DNA from: Cenococcum geophilum
Taxonomy: Eukaryota
Reading direction: 5' to 3'
Assembly: GCA_050273025.1 (NCBI GenBank)
Contig: CP158636.1
Location: 434,001-498,000, forward strand
DNA length: 64,000 bases
Below, piece after piece: positions 50,712-62,800 of the stretch; position 1 is the first letter of the stretch; every line of letters starts with the position of its first letter. The notes under the pieces are model-generated. The model did not search any database. It was not told the origin of the DNA and was given only the letters and a program-made list of their open reading frames with translations. Both the position numbers and the translations under genes were made by a program.

Positions 50712-53700
50712 ATGGCTACGCCTACTTTAAATAACTAAAAAGACTTCTCACTACTAGGGGTAGCTAAGTACGCGAAACTTATTAATAAAGATTAAAATGA
50801 ATTTGCCTTTAATATAACAACTTATACTGCAAAATAAGTTAATAGCTTTCTTTTATACTATATTATATTCTACTAAAATAGATGCTACGCCGATTTATAA
50901 CTATAGGAGTATTTTAGGAAGAATTTTATGGGATGGACTGCTAATACCTAGGTACTTAGCAATATTAATATTGTTTAGGATTTTTAAGACTTCCTCCGTC
51001 GGAATGGGGTATATATTACTAAGAATGGTAACCTAATTACTAGTAATATTTAGGCCGTTATTGCTAGTATAGAAGAACTAATATGGACAGAAGCTAAGAT
51101 TATACATTAACTATGGAAACCTAAAAATAACCTATATTCTTCGGAAGGCAACTTTAATTTCTATTAAAACCCCTAGAATGCTAACCCCCTACTTAGAGCT
51201 GCTCTCCCACCTAGAGGTACTCTCCTACTTAGAGTTGTTTCGTCTTTACCTCCTCTACTCTAGCTAACTAGTAAGCCTTTACTATAAGAAGTTATAAATC
51301 TAATAAAGGTATATTTAGACAAAGAGAAGAAGTTTAAAGGAGAACTGTATAATATACTTAGAGCAAAACTATAGGTCTTTTATAACTGTTATAATAAGGT
51401 TAAAATTTAACGCCACTAGTACTATTACGCTTTCTCTATTATATTAAAGGAATAGGCGGCAATATTCTATTATGACTATATTGCGGGTAAAAACTATAGC
51501 TTTAATATAATGCTTTAGCTTACTAGAGCCTACTTTAAAACTAATAAGAATTGCTAGCTTTATATATCTAAATAGTAGGAGACTATATTTTAAAGAGTTA
51601 TCGCTTTTAACCTAATAAAGACTCGTTTAGAGTGTTTTTAACTACTCTTTAATAAACTTTAGAAAATCTAACGTGGCCTTACCGAAACCTACGAAAACGA
51701 GAATAGCCTAAGGAACTAGGTTATCTTAGCATGCTATAGCGTTTCTAAGTGCAACTTAGTGCTATATAAACTTATAAATATGTTTAAAGGAGTATATACT
51801 AAGCTACGCTCCGCTATAGGTACTGCGATACAAATATAAGAATCTTAACAGTTTTATACCGAAAACCCTACCTAACTAAGTATTTCTAACCAATATGATT
51901 ATAATAGACTGATTAAATATATAGTGGCCGTAGTAAGGAATATAGAAGAGGGTATAATTAATATTAACTATAAGGTAATTATGGAGGTCCTTATGGGGGT
52001 TTATTTTAAAGTAATTGCTAAAAGAAGTGCTACGTTTGTAAGAAGCTAAATTGCTAGTTAATTAGACACTCCCTTAATGAGCGAAAAGAGGTATATAATA
52101 AGTTCCGTTAAAGTATAAGAAATGTTAGAAATTGCGAGGTTACTACGGCCTATTTTTTAAGTTTCCTAGTTTAATATAAAGGCGTAGAAGATCTTAAGGG
52201 TGAGGTTAATAAGACTGAATAGCTCCTTATAGATATGGAAATTAAGGACTATTTACCTAATTAATACTTTACTGAGTATAGTGAGGTAAATGGTATATAA
52301 ACCGTTGCTGTTTTTAATGATTAATCTATACTCCATTCTATTACAAAGTTAGATATCTTTAATAAGCTAAAGGAGAGCTCTGTGTTTTCCTTTAATAATA
52401 AATACTTGGCGAACGTCTTCTATGGTATTATACCGGATACTAGAGCCGCAGGAGTATCTATAGTAGGAGAACCTTAAGTTTAAGCCCTTTAGCAGCTTAA
52501 TAGCTCTATTTAGATTAACTATTTAACAGTAGGTTAATATACGATTCATTTTAGTAAGGGTACTGCGATCTCTCTTAGTATAATTAGGGTTTAAACCCCC
52601 TTAGGGTATATTACTTTTTACGTTGTTCCTATAAACACCCTATTTCTATTTTGCATTAGAGATATAGATAAACTAGGCGTTAAGCTTAATAACCTTAAGA
52701 ATATACTTATATAGGGAGATAATTGGGTGCCTATTATACGCAAGTGGGGTTACCCCTAGTTACTCCTTTATTAACTAGAAAAGAGTATTACTTAGAGCTA
52801 CTTAACTAAGTTAGAGTTACGCTAACTACACCGTTATTTTAGCCACCTATCCGTTTATTAATTGCTTAGGGTTCTTTAATAAGTAGGCTATAAAGTTAAG
52901 GTTAAGGTAATTAAGCATCTTATAAAGTATTACTATTACTACTAAATAAACTAGAAGTCCCCTAGTTGATTTAAGTTTACCCTTAAAAATAACTATAACT
53001 TTAACTTCTATATTATTATTAACGTTATATATCTTAGCGGTAAGCTAGTACTCTAAGTTATTAACTTCTTAACCTCCTTCTAAGCCGCGCGTTTCTTAAA
53101 AGATATATTAGCTAGAAATATATAGGAGACCCTTTAGTTATACTAGATTAATATCTATTTAGGACCCCCTAATTAAATTATCCACAATATAGGAAAGAAC
53201 TTTTTATCTATAGAGTTTTAATAATAGATAAAGGTAATAGTAATTAAGGTTAAGGAAGTCCCTATTAAGGCATATAATAGTATTAGAAAAGTAGAACGAT
53301 ATTACACGCTATTACGCCGCGTATATAAGATTATCTTTTTAGAACTAAAGGACGCTAGCGAAGAACTTACCTTATAAATGGCTATTAAAGCTATTAATGA
53401 TTCCGCTGGCCTAGATGGACTCGTACCTATATTACTAGTCTTTAGCGCCTACCCTTAAATAACTAATAATTCTTTACTATCTCCCTCTATTGTATAATAA
53501 GCCGAGGCTATTTATAAGGCAATAAAGGAGGTATAACGTCTCTATATTATACGCTAGGTTAATAACGCACTAGGAATAAAAAATGGCCTAAATACCTTAA
53601 CTATGCTTAATCTGCCACTCTAGTCTAAGGTACGCGCATGGCGTAAAAAGGGAGGATAATTAGGCCTACACTAACTTATTGTAATTAATAGTTAAACTTA

Positions 53701-55620
53701 TACTATTTAGATGCCTTACAGACCTACTTAATTTCGTTTAACTGTTATTAAGCCTTACTATAAAGATAATAATTCTAAGCCTTTATAGGATGCCCTAAAA
53801 GATACCCTAAAAGAGAATTATAATTAATATACTCTAGAAGGCAACTACAATCCTAATATAATTATAGTAGATATACTATAACTATAACGCGGTAGAGGTC
53901 GCCTAAAGGAATTATAAAATCGCTAATATCTTATTAATTTTAAAGAATAATTTGTTGCCGCCATTGAGAATAGAGTTAAGTTATTAATGGCCTTTATAAT
54001 AGCTAAAGAGAAGGCTAACTTTAAGCTCGCAAAACAGCTTTAAAAGGAAGGTCATATTATAACCTTAGGAGCTCCTTTCTAAGCATCTAATAAGTAGGAG
54101 ATCGACAGTCTTATTATAAGAGGAGTCTTTAAATTTAAGAAGTATAACCCTACTAAGTTTAATAAAGTTTGCATCTTTAAGTTAAGGATAGTCAATAAGA
54201 TTAAGGGCAAGGCTACTAACGCCCTATTTAAGAAATTAAGGCTTATTATTTAAGGTTACAACGATAATGGTAAAGAGATAATTCTTATATAATCTCCTAT
54301 AATTTAACGAGCTAGTTAGCGAGTTATTGTTGCATTCGTTTCCTCCTTAATAAAGAATAGAATAGCGGTTTATTTGTGAGATATTACTTAAGCCTACACC
54401 CAATTAGAGACGTACCTTTAGCGCTTAATATTGGCATACCTTCCGGAGTAAATTCGCTACTAGTATCCTGAAGATACGATTATAGTTGTGCTTAAGCCAT
54501 TATATAGAATTGCAGAGGTAGGAACTTACTAGTAGGCTACCTATAGTAAGCACTATAAAGAGAGGCTTTTGATAACTACTTCTATATTCGATCCCTGCTT
54601 TCTTATTATAACTATAGGAACCCTATTTAGAATTGTCGGTATGCAAACTAATAATATAATTATCTTAGGAGACGACTAATTCTTAGCTCTTAAAGAGGAT
54701 AAGCTAATAAAGGCAAATCTTATAGTAAAGCTAAAGGAAAAGCTTAATTTAATAACACTATTACTCTTTAATAAATATATCCTCTCCCTAAATAAGAATT
54801 CCATTGCTCTGTGCCAGAAGGGTTAAGGTAAGAAGATTGACGTTATTAATATTAATTTTCTGAAGTAAAGATATATGGAGTAATATGCTTGCGGAGCTTA
54901 TATTACTTCTATCTATTAACCCAAGGCTTTATTTAATCTCTTTGTTATAGCTTAATACTAGGAACTAACTAAGGATAATATCTTTGCCCTAAATAAGCGT
55001 CTTTTCTGGCAAATGAACTATCTTAATTAAGGACTACTCTATATACCTATTAACCTTCCTACCACTAAGCCCTTTATATTTATTAATGGATCGTTTATAA
55101 ATAATAAAGATTTTAGCTCTTAGCTAGGATATAAGATTATTATTACAAACGAATCTACTAGAGAGAATAACTTTATAATTTACAGTAATCTTATTTATTA
55201 GAGCTTAACTAAGAGTAAGCGCGTTACCTAAAGTATTCTAGCGTTAGAGATATATAGAATAGTTGGCGGAGTTAATATAGCAATTATAATTAGAACTACC
55301 CTAAAGATAATTATAGATTAACTTAAACTTCCTATTATCTCTATAATTATATGCACCGACTTATATTCCCTTTATAAGTGTTTAGTTAAGCTTAGTACTA
55401 TAAAGGAAAAGCGCCTTATAATTAATATTATGGCACTTTAGTAATCCTACAAGCGTTAAGAACTATTTAAGATTTAATGGATTAATGGCTAAGATAACCT
55501 AGTAGATATAATAATGAAGGCGAACCTAAACAAGGCACTAGAGACGTTTGTTAATATAAATACTCTATATATATAAGTTAAAGGTTGGGTTAAAAGGGAG
55601 TCCCTAGAAATTCCTTAGTT
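50712..55620 (+). pseudogene. C2 gag-pol polyprotein remnant
   Basis: ATG at 50712; C-x2-C-x4-C-x4-H knuckle 52028-52069; PDTGAA protease (~52433); LHRxFGHPS (~52827); KSRLVIQGY (~54233); QTDD (~54645); CQPEA (~54916), after de-RIP. Confidence 0.9.
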
Positions 55621-57862
55621 ACGTAAGGTCTTAAGATATCTAGGAACTTTAACCGGCGGTTAAAATTGTCTAATTGGTTAGATTTTGTAGACCCTGACTT
55701 AACCTAGCCAATTAGGATTTTCCATCCCTGGGATGGAAAATCCTATTGGCCCACTTACTACTAGCGCTTTGGCGGCCCTCCGAATATAATATCTACCTAT
55801 AACTCCTAAGTAAGAAAGCACTATATGTTAAGAGGCAAATTTTGGGATAGCGAGACTTATATTATAATGGCAATAGTAAGTAAGGAGGATTGATATTTGT
55901 TACGCTAGTTAAGCGGTATATATATATAGATGGCAACTACAAAAGAAGAGTTGCTAGTGTTAGGAATAAAGGTAAGTGGTTACTATATAAGGTATATTGC
56001 CATTATATATAGCAAGTTACCGTTACGTGCGGCAAGTTGCCATTACGTGCCGCCGCGGCACTAGCGTGGTGAGGAACCTTAAGTTCCTTACCCCTTTCTT
56101 TAAACAGCAATGAATAGAATAATAATTATCATACTATCTACGAACCGTAGCTATGTGATATTACCTTGTGTAACTAATAGTTATATTAAAGGAGCCTTAA
56201 TTATAATATTAAAAAATCTAAAGGAGTAATTAGAGGACTAGAGAAGTAAGAGGTAAATTATAATACCTATAAATAAAGTCGCAACGCTTAGATTAATACG
56301 AGAAAGGTTTAAACTTAAGAATAAGGATAAGCTAAGAGTTAACCTAAAACACTAAGTATATTATATATTAGTATAGATTATATATATAGATAATATATAT
56401 AATATGCATGAAGCACTAAAAGATAAGAACTAGAAATACCTAGTAAGGATATATTAGTTATTAGAAGAGGCAAAATACTAAAATGCTAAGTATATATATA
56501 GTTAGCACCTAGTAGAAGTGTAAAGCTAAGGGGACTTAATACTTTAGCTAGGAAGATTCCTTATAGAAGAATACCTAGATAAATAATAGTAGTAGAAGTG
56601 CCTAGAGAATATATATCTATAGTATATTAAAGATAAAAAGCGAATTAAGTATTAGCTAAAAGTAGACTAAGTATAAATAGGATTAAGTAGCTAATAGTTA
56701 GGAAAAGTAGAGGCCTACGGGACTAGAGGGAACTAGTAGTAGAACCTTAAACCCTTAAAGAAATTTAAAGACGGCACCTAAATTTATAAGTTAAGTGGTA
56801 AGATTAATAGTTTAAGGCATTAATAGATAGTGGAGTAATAAGGAATTATATCTTGCTAGTAGTAGTTAAAAGAATAGGGTTACCACATAAGAAAAAGGAA
56901 AATCCTTACCTATTAGTAATAATTTTAGAAGATCCGATAGTCTATAAAGGAGGCATTATTAATCTTAAAATAGGACCTATTTAGTTAACTATTAAAGGGA
57001 GATAAATCGAGATGTCTTTTAATATATTACTATTAGGGAATAATAAGGCAGTATTAGGAATGCCTTAGTTATAGGAATATAATCTAAAGATCAACTAGAT
57101 TATAGGTTAAGTTAACATTAAAAACACCTAATACCATAAGATATAATAATAAGCTAAGTTAGTATAGTACTAAATTAGAGTAATATATAAAGAGACTAAG
57201 TAAGGCTTAAGTTATATACTAAAGAGATACTATAAGTATAGTAAGAAACTATAGTTACTAAGGAGTAAAAAGCTGTTAAAGTATATAATATAGGACTATG
57301 AGATAAAATTAGAACTAAAAATATGTTTAAGGTTCTTTTCAATCTATAAGCTTACTAAAGAAGAAGGTAGAGTATTAAAGGAGTTTATTTAGAAAAACCT
57401 ATAGAAGAGATATATTAAACCATTATAGTTATTAGTAGGTTATCTAGTACTGTTTATACTAAAGAAGAATAATAAACTAAGGCTATATATTAACTATAGA
57501 TAGTTAAACAGCATTACTAGGAAGGATAGGTATCCTTTACCCTTAATTAGCGAAATCTAAGACAGGATAGGTAATGTGTAAATCTTTACGAAGATAGATC
57601 TAAGATAGGCGTACTATTAGATTATAATTAAGAAAGGCGATAAATAAAAGACAGCTTTTAGATTAAAGGAAGGACTATATAAGCTATTAGTTATATAATT
57701 TAGGCTTATAAATATACTAGCAACGTTCTAAAAGCGTATTAATAATATATTAGGAGAATACTTAGATAAATTTATTATAGTATATTTTAATATTATTCTT
57801 ATCTACTTAATAACTAAGGGAAAACATGGAGAATACGTTAAATAGGTTTTAAAGAGACTATA

Positions 57863-58055
57863 TATAACGGCTCGAACTATTAAACAAATGTCTCGATAGA
57901 GACTTAAATAAATGCTTACAAGATTAAGCGAACAAATACTATATTATAAAGATATTAAGCTAAGAAGCAAGAGAAGGTAGTAAGGCCACGTCTATATATA
58001 TATGCCAAGTCTTAAGCAAACCCCTAACTAGGTAACGCGCTCTAGCGCTATTACA
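57863..58055. mobile_element. Solo LTR (193 bp) of a further family, inserted in G4 RT
   Basis: Termini tataacgg (from TGTAACGG) and ttaca; TSD ctata (57858-57862 / 58056-58060); G4 sequence resumes exactly. Confidence 0.85.
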
Positions 58056-59808
58056 CTATAAGAAGAATAGATACTAGTAATAATTAAAAAATATAAGTTC
58101 TTTACTAAGAAGACTAATTTTATTAGATTTATTATTAAACTAGGCCAATTTAGTATAGATTTAAAGGGGATTAAAGTTATAGTAAATTGGTAAAAACTAG
58201 AGAACGTTATGTAGTTAAGATTGTTTTTAGGGTTTTATAATTACTATAAAAGATTTATAGCGCAATAGTTAAAGGATATTAAGCTATTTATACGATTAAT
58301 AAAGAAAGAAGAACTATAAGTATAGGGAAAAGAGTAATAAGAATTATTTAAAAAAGTTAAAAGATTGTTTACCTAGGGGCTAGTTTTTAAGATCTATTAA
58401 CTAAAACTAGAAATAGTTATAAAAATAAATATATTAGACTTTATACTAGGGGCATACTTTATATAGAAATATTAAAATAGATAGCACTTAGTAGTATATT
58501 ATAGTTAGAAGATAATACTACTAGAGTTAAACTATAACATTTATAATAAGGAGTTATTAGGTATAGTTATAGCACTAAAGAAATAGAGAGTGTTTTTATA
58601 AGGTATAAAGAAACTATTTAAAGTTAAGATAGATTATAAGAACCTAACAAAATTCCTAATAATAAAGGAACTTAATTAAAAATAGGTTAGATAGATAGAA
58701 ATACTTATAAAATACTATTTTAAGATTTAATATACTAAGAGTATAGATAATACGTAAGTAGACGCTCTAAGTTAAAAAGCTAAACTATAAAATAATAAAA
58801 AGCTATTAGGGGCTTTACTGCGAAAAGATATAGACGGATTAATTAAATATAATTACCTAAAAATCGTAGTAACTTAAAAAGAACTAGATAGAGTTTATAA
58901 GTTACTAAAAAGCTTTTAGGTATAAAGAATTCTAAAAGTATAGCTAAAAGATCTATAGATAGATATATACGAAAATTAAGAAGTAAAGTATATCCTAAAA
59001 AGCATAGTAGAGTAATTTATAGAAAATTTCTATAAGGGAATAATTTAAGGACATAATAGAGCTATGGGCTTAGTGTTAAGACTTTAAAAGAAGTATATTA
59101 TTAATAGAATTTAGTGCTTAGCGTAAAAAGTTATAAAGAAATATCTAGATTACTAGAGAAATAAACTAATAAGGTATAAGCTATATAAAGGGCTATAACC
59201 TATTAAATTACTAGAGAGACTATAGGAGGTTATATTATAGAACTTTATTATTAAGTTGCTAAAATTAAGAAATCCTATTACCGGGTAAGATTATAACGTA
59301 ATCTTAGTAATAGTAGACAAGCTTATAAAGTAGGGATACTTTATAGCATACATAGAAGAAATATTAGTAGAAGATATCGCTAAAATCTATATTAGGGAAG
59401 TGTTTATAAAATATAGAGCACTAAGTAAAATTATATTGGATAGAGATCTAAGATTTATAGCAGTATTTTAGGAGGTATTCTTAGCGGAATAAGGAGTTAA
59501 AGTAGTAACTTTTACTATATATTATCCGTAGATAGACGGTTAAATAGAAAAATTAAATTAGACACTAGAGTAGTATCTAAGGCATTATATTAATTACGTA
59601 TTGAATAATTAGGTATTATTATTACTAGTTATATAGTTTATATATAATATAATACCTTAAGAAGAAATAGGCACGTTACTATTTAAGGCGAATTATGGAT
59701 ATAAGCTAAGAATATTATTATTACTATAGTAAGTAAAGAAAATAAGTAGTATAGCTAAAGAAAGAATAAAGACGTTAATAAATCTTTATATAGACCTTAT
59801 AGAATTAG

Positions 59809-62800
59809 TGTAACGGAACCTTATAGCAGGTACTATAATAGGCTTATTATTAGGCTAGGTGTATAGGTAATATAAGATAAAATTAACAACGTAATAATAA
59901 CTAGCGGAGTAGTTGCCTAATAGATTAACTCTAATTATATTCTAAGAATTACTATAAGGAAGGAACTATCTAGGTAGGGACTAAGGGTCCTTAAATATAT
60001 AACCGTACTCCTATAAAATCCTTCTTATACGTAATATACGTCTTATATATAAGGTATATAAGTTCCTCTTATTCCTTTTATTTAATACGTAGCATATTAT
60101 ATAACCTTAGTTACTATTCCTTATTATATAGTTCTACCGGCTTTATTTTAAACCGTACCTAAATTAACTAACTAGCTTCTTTTAACTCTTCTCTAAGTAG
60201 TTATAATATTGTACTTAAAGCGTCTATAATACTATCTCCCTCCTTTTTATCTTTGTCCTTAAAGATTCCTAATATCTTTAAGTTGTTTACTAGAGGTATA
60301 ATATCTATCTAATTAGTTTAGTTAATATTATTGCTTATTATACTTAAAGTAATTTCTTCCTCGCACGCCCAACGTCGTGCTCGCACTATTGCTGCGATAT
60401 TATCTCTTAGTGAGATAATACCGTCTCTATATTCTCGTTATTTAAAAAAGGGATTAGTTTATATTATATTAGCAAACACTTCTTCGCAATAACCGTCCTC
60501 TTATTTAAAGTGCACTAAAGTAAATATTTATTCGTCTTATAACGTTTGCTTTACCTTTAATGCTAAATATACGCGATTTATTACTCTTAATAGTTGTCTA
60601 GTTCCCTAATTAATTTATTTTAGGGTTTTATGTTTAATCTACTGCTATATAGCTAGATGGTAAACTATCTTAAGCCCTTACTAAGTTAAAATGTTCTTAG
60701 AACGTAAAATAGAAGGCCCTAAATACTTATATTGCGGCATCTACTTATTTACTCCGTTTTAAGAAGGTTTATAAGAAGGTCTATTTTAAAAAATAGAAAC
60801 TTATAAAATAGGGTCTATAGGAACTTAGTAATAAAAGAATGGATTCTCTTTTAGCTAAGAAGGAAATAGATTTAAGTAGTTTAGTAACTACTCTTTTTAG
60901 GTCCCCCTTAGGTGACTTATTCTTTAGCGATCCTTTTTTATTAATACTGCCTAACCTAATCTTCTTTAATACTCCTATACCTTTTTTATAGTATTCTTTA
61001 AATTTTCTAGTAGCTTTTAGGTAGTCTTATTATAGCCTATCTACTTAACCTTATACTATATTTTATTATTAATGTCCTTATAACTAATAATTTTTAAAAC
61101 TTACTATTTATCTTCTTCTAATCCTTTATATGTGTCTGCTTTGTAAACTAGTGGCTTAATATTCCTATATACTAGCTTTAGCATTATAATATACTATATA
61201 GGGTAAATCTTTATTTTAGCTAGTAGGTTTAACTTAAACGTAATTAATAAAATCCTTTATATGATTTTAAAAGGTCCTAGTCTAACATAGTCTAACTTCT
61301 TACTTAGTTATTAACTCTTAAAATTTTTATATAGTAGCTATACTTTATCTCCCTCCTTAAGATCTAGTCCCTTAGATCTCTTAGCATTATAGTACTTTTT
61401 TATTCTTTCTTATACTTTCTTTACTAATTCTATAAGGTCTATATAAAGATTTATTAATATCTTTATTCTTTTTTTAGCTATACTACTTATCTTCTTCGCT
61501 TACCGTAGTAATAACGATATTCTTAGCTTATATCTATAATTTGCTTTAAACGGTAATATACCTATTCCTTTTTAAGGTATTATACTATATATAAACTATA
61601 TAATTAGTAATAGTAATACCCAATTATTTTATGCGTAATTAATATAGTGTTTTAGATACTGCTCTAGTATCTAATTTAATCTTTCTATTTAACCGTCTGT
61701 CTGCGGATAATATATAGTAAAAGTTGCTGCTCTAATTCCTTATTCCGCTAAGAATACCTTTTAAAATGCTGCTATAAATCTTAAATCTTTATCTAATATA
61801 ATTTTACTTAGTACTCTATATTTTATAAACACTTCTTTAATATAGATTCTAGTGATATCTTCTATTAATATTTCTTCTGTATATATTATAAAGTATCCCC
61901 ACTTTATAAGCTTATCCACTATTATTAAGATTATATTATAATCTTATCTAGTAATAGGATCTTTTAACTTTAGCAACTTAATAATAAAGTCCTATAATAT
62001 AACCTCCTATAGTCTCTTTAGTATTTTAATAGGTTATAGCCCTCTATATAGCTTATACCTTATTAGTTTATTCCTTTAGCAATCTAAATATTCTTTTATA
62101 ACTTTTTGTACTAAGCCCTAAATTCCGTTAATAATATACTCCTTTTAGAGTTTTAATATTAAGCCTATGGCCCTATTATATCCTTAAGTTAATCTCTTAT
62201 AGAAATCTTTTATAAATTACTCTACTATACTTTTTAGGATATACTTTACTTCTTAATTTTTATATATATCTATCTATAGATCTTTTAGCTATACTTTTAG
62301 AGTTCTTTATACCTAAAAGCTTTCTAGTAATTTATAAATCCTATCTAGTTCTTTTTAAGTTGCTATAATCTTTAGATAGTTATACCTAATTAATCCGTCT
62401 ATATCTTTTTACAGTAAAGCCCCTAATAGCTTTTTATTATTTTATAGTTTAGCTTTATAACTTAGATTATCTACTTATATATTATTTATACCTTTAATAT
62501 ACTAAATCTTAAAATAGTATTCTATAAGTATCTCTACCTATCTAACCTATTTTTAGTTAAGTTCTTTTATTATTAAGAATTTTATTAAGTTCTTATAATC
62601 TATCTTAACTATAAATAGTTTCTCTATACCTTATAAGAATACTCTTTATTTTTTTAGTGCTATAACTATACCTAATAGCTCCTTATTATAAATATTATAG
62701 TTTAACTCTAGTAGTATTATCTTCTAACTATAATATACTACTAGGTACTATCTATTTTAATATTTTTATATAAAGTATACCCCTAGTATATAGTCTAATA

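Larger units (their letters stand above)
35949..56179 (+). mobile_element. C2: full-length GalEa-type Copia (~6.1 kb net), split by G3
   Basis: 222-bp LTRs (35949-36170, 55958-56179), TSD gttat (35944-35948 / 56180-56184). Confidence 0.95.
34137..59808 (+). mobile_element. G4: 5'-deleted chromovirus copy (segments 34137-35948, 56180-57862, 58056-59808)
   Basis: Colinear with G1 from mid-gag to integrase; interrupted by C2 (TSD gttat), a solo LTR (TSD ctata) and G5. Confidence 0.92.
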
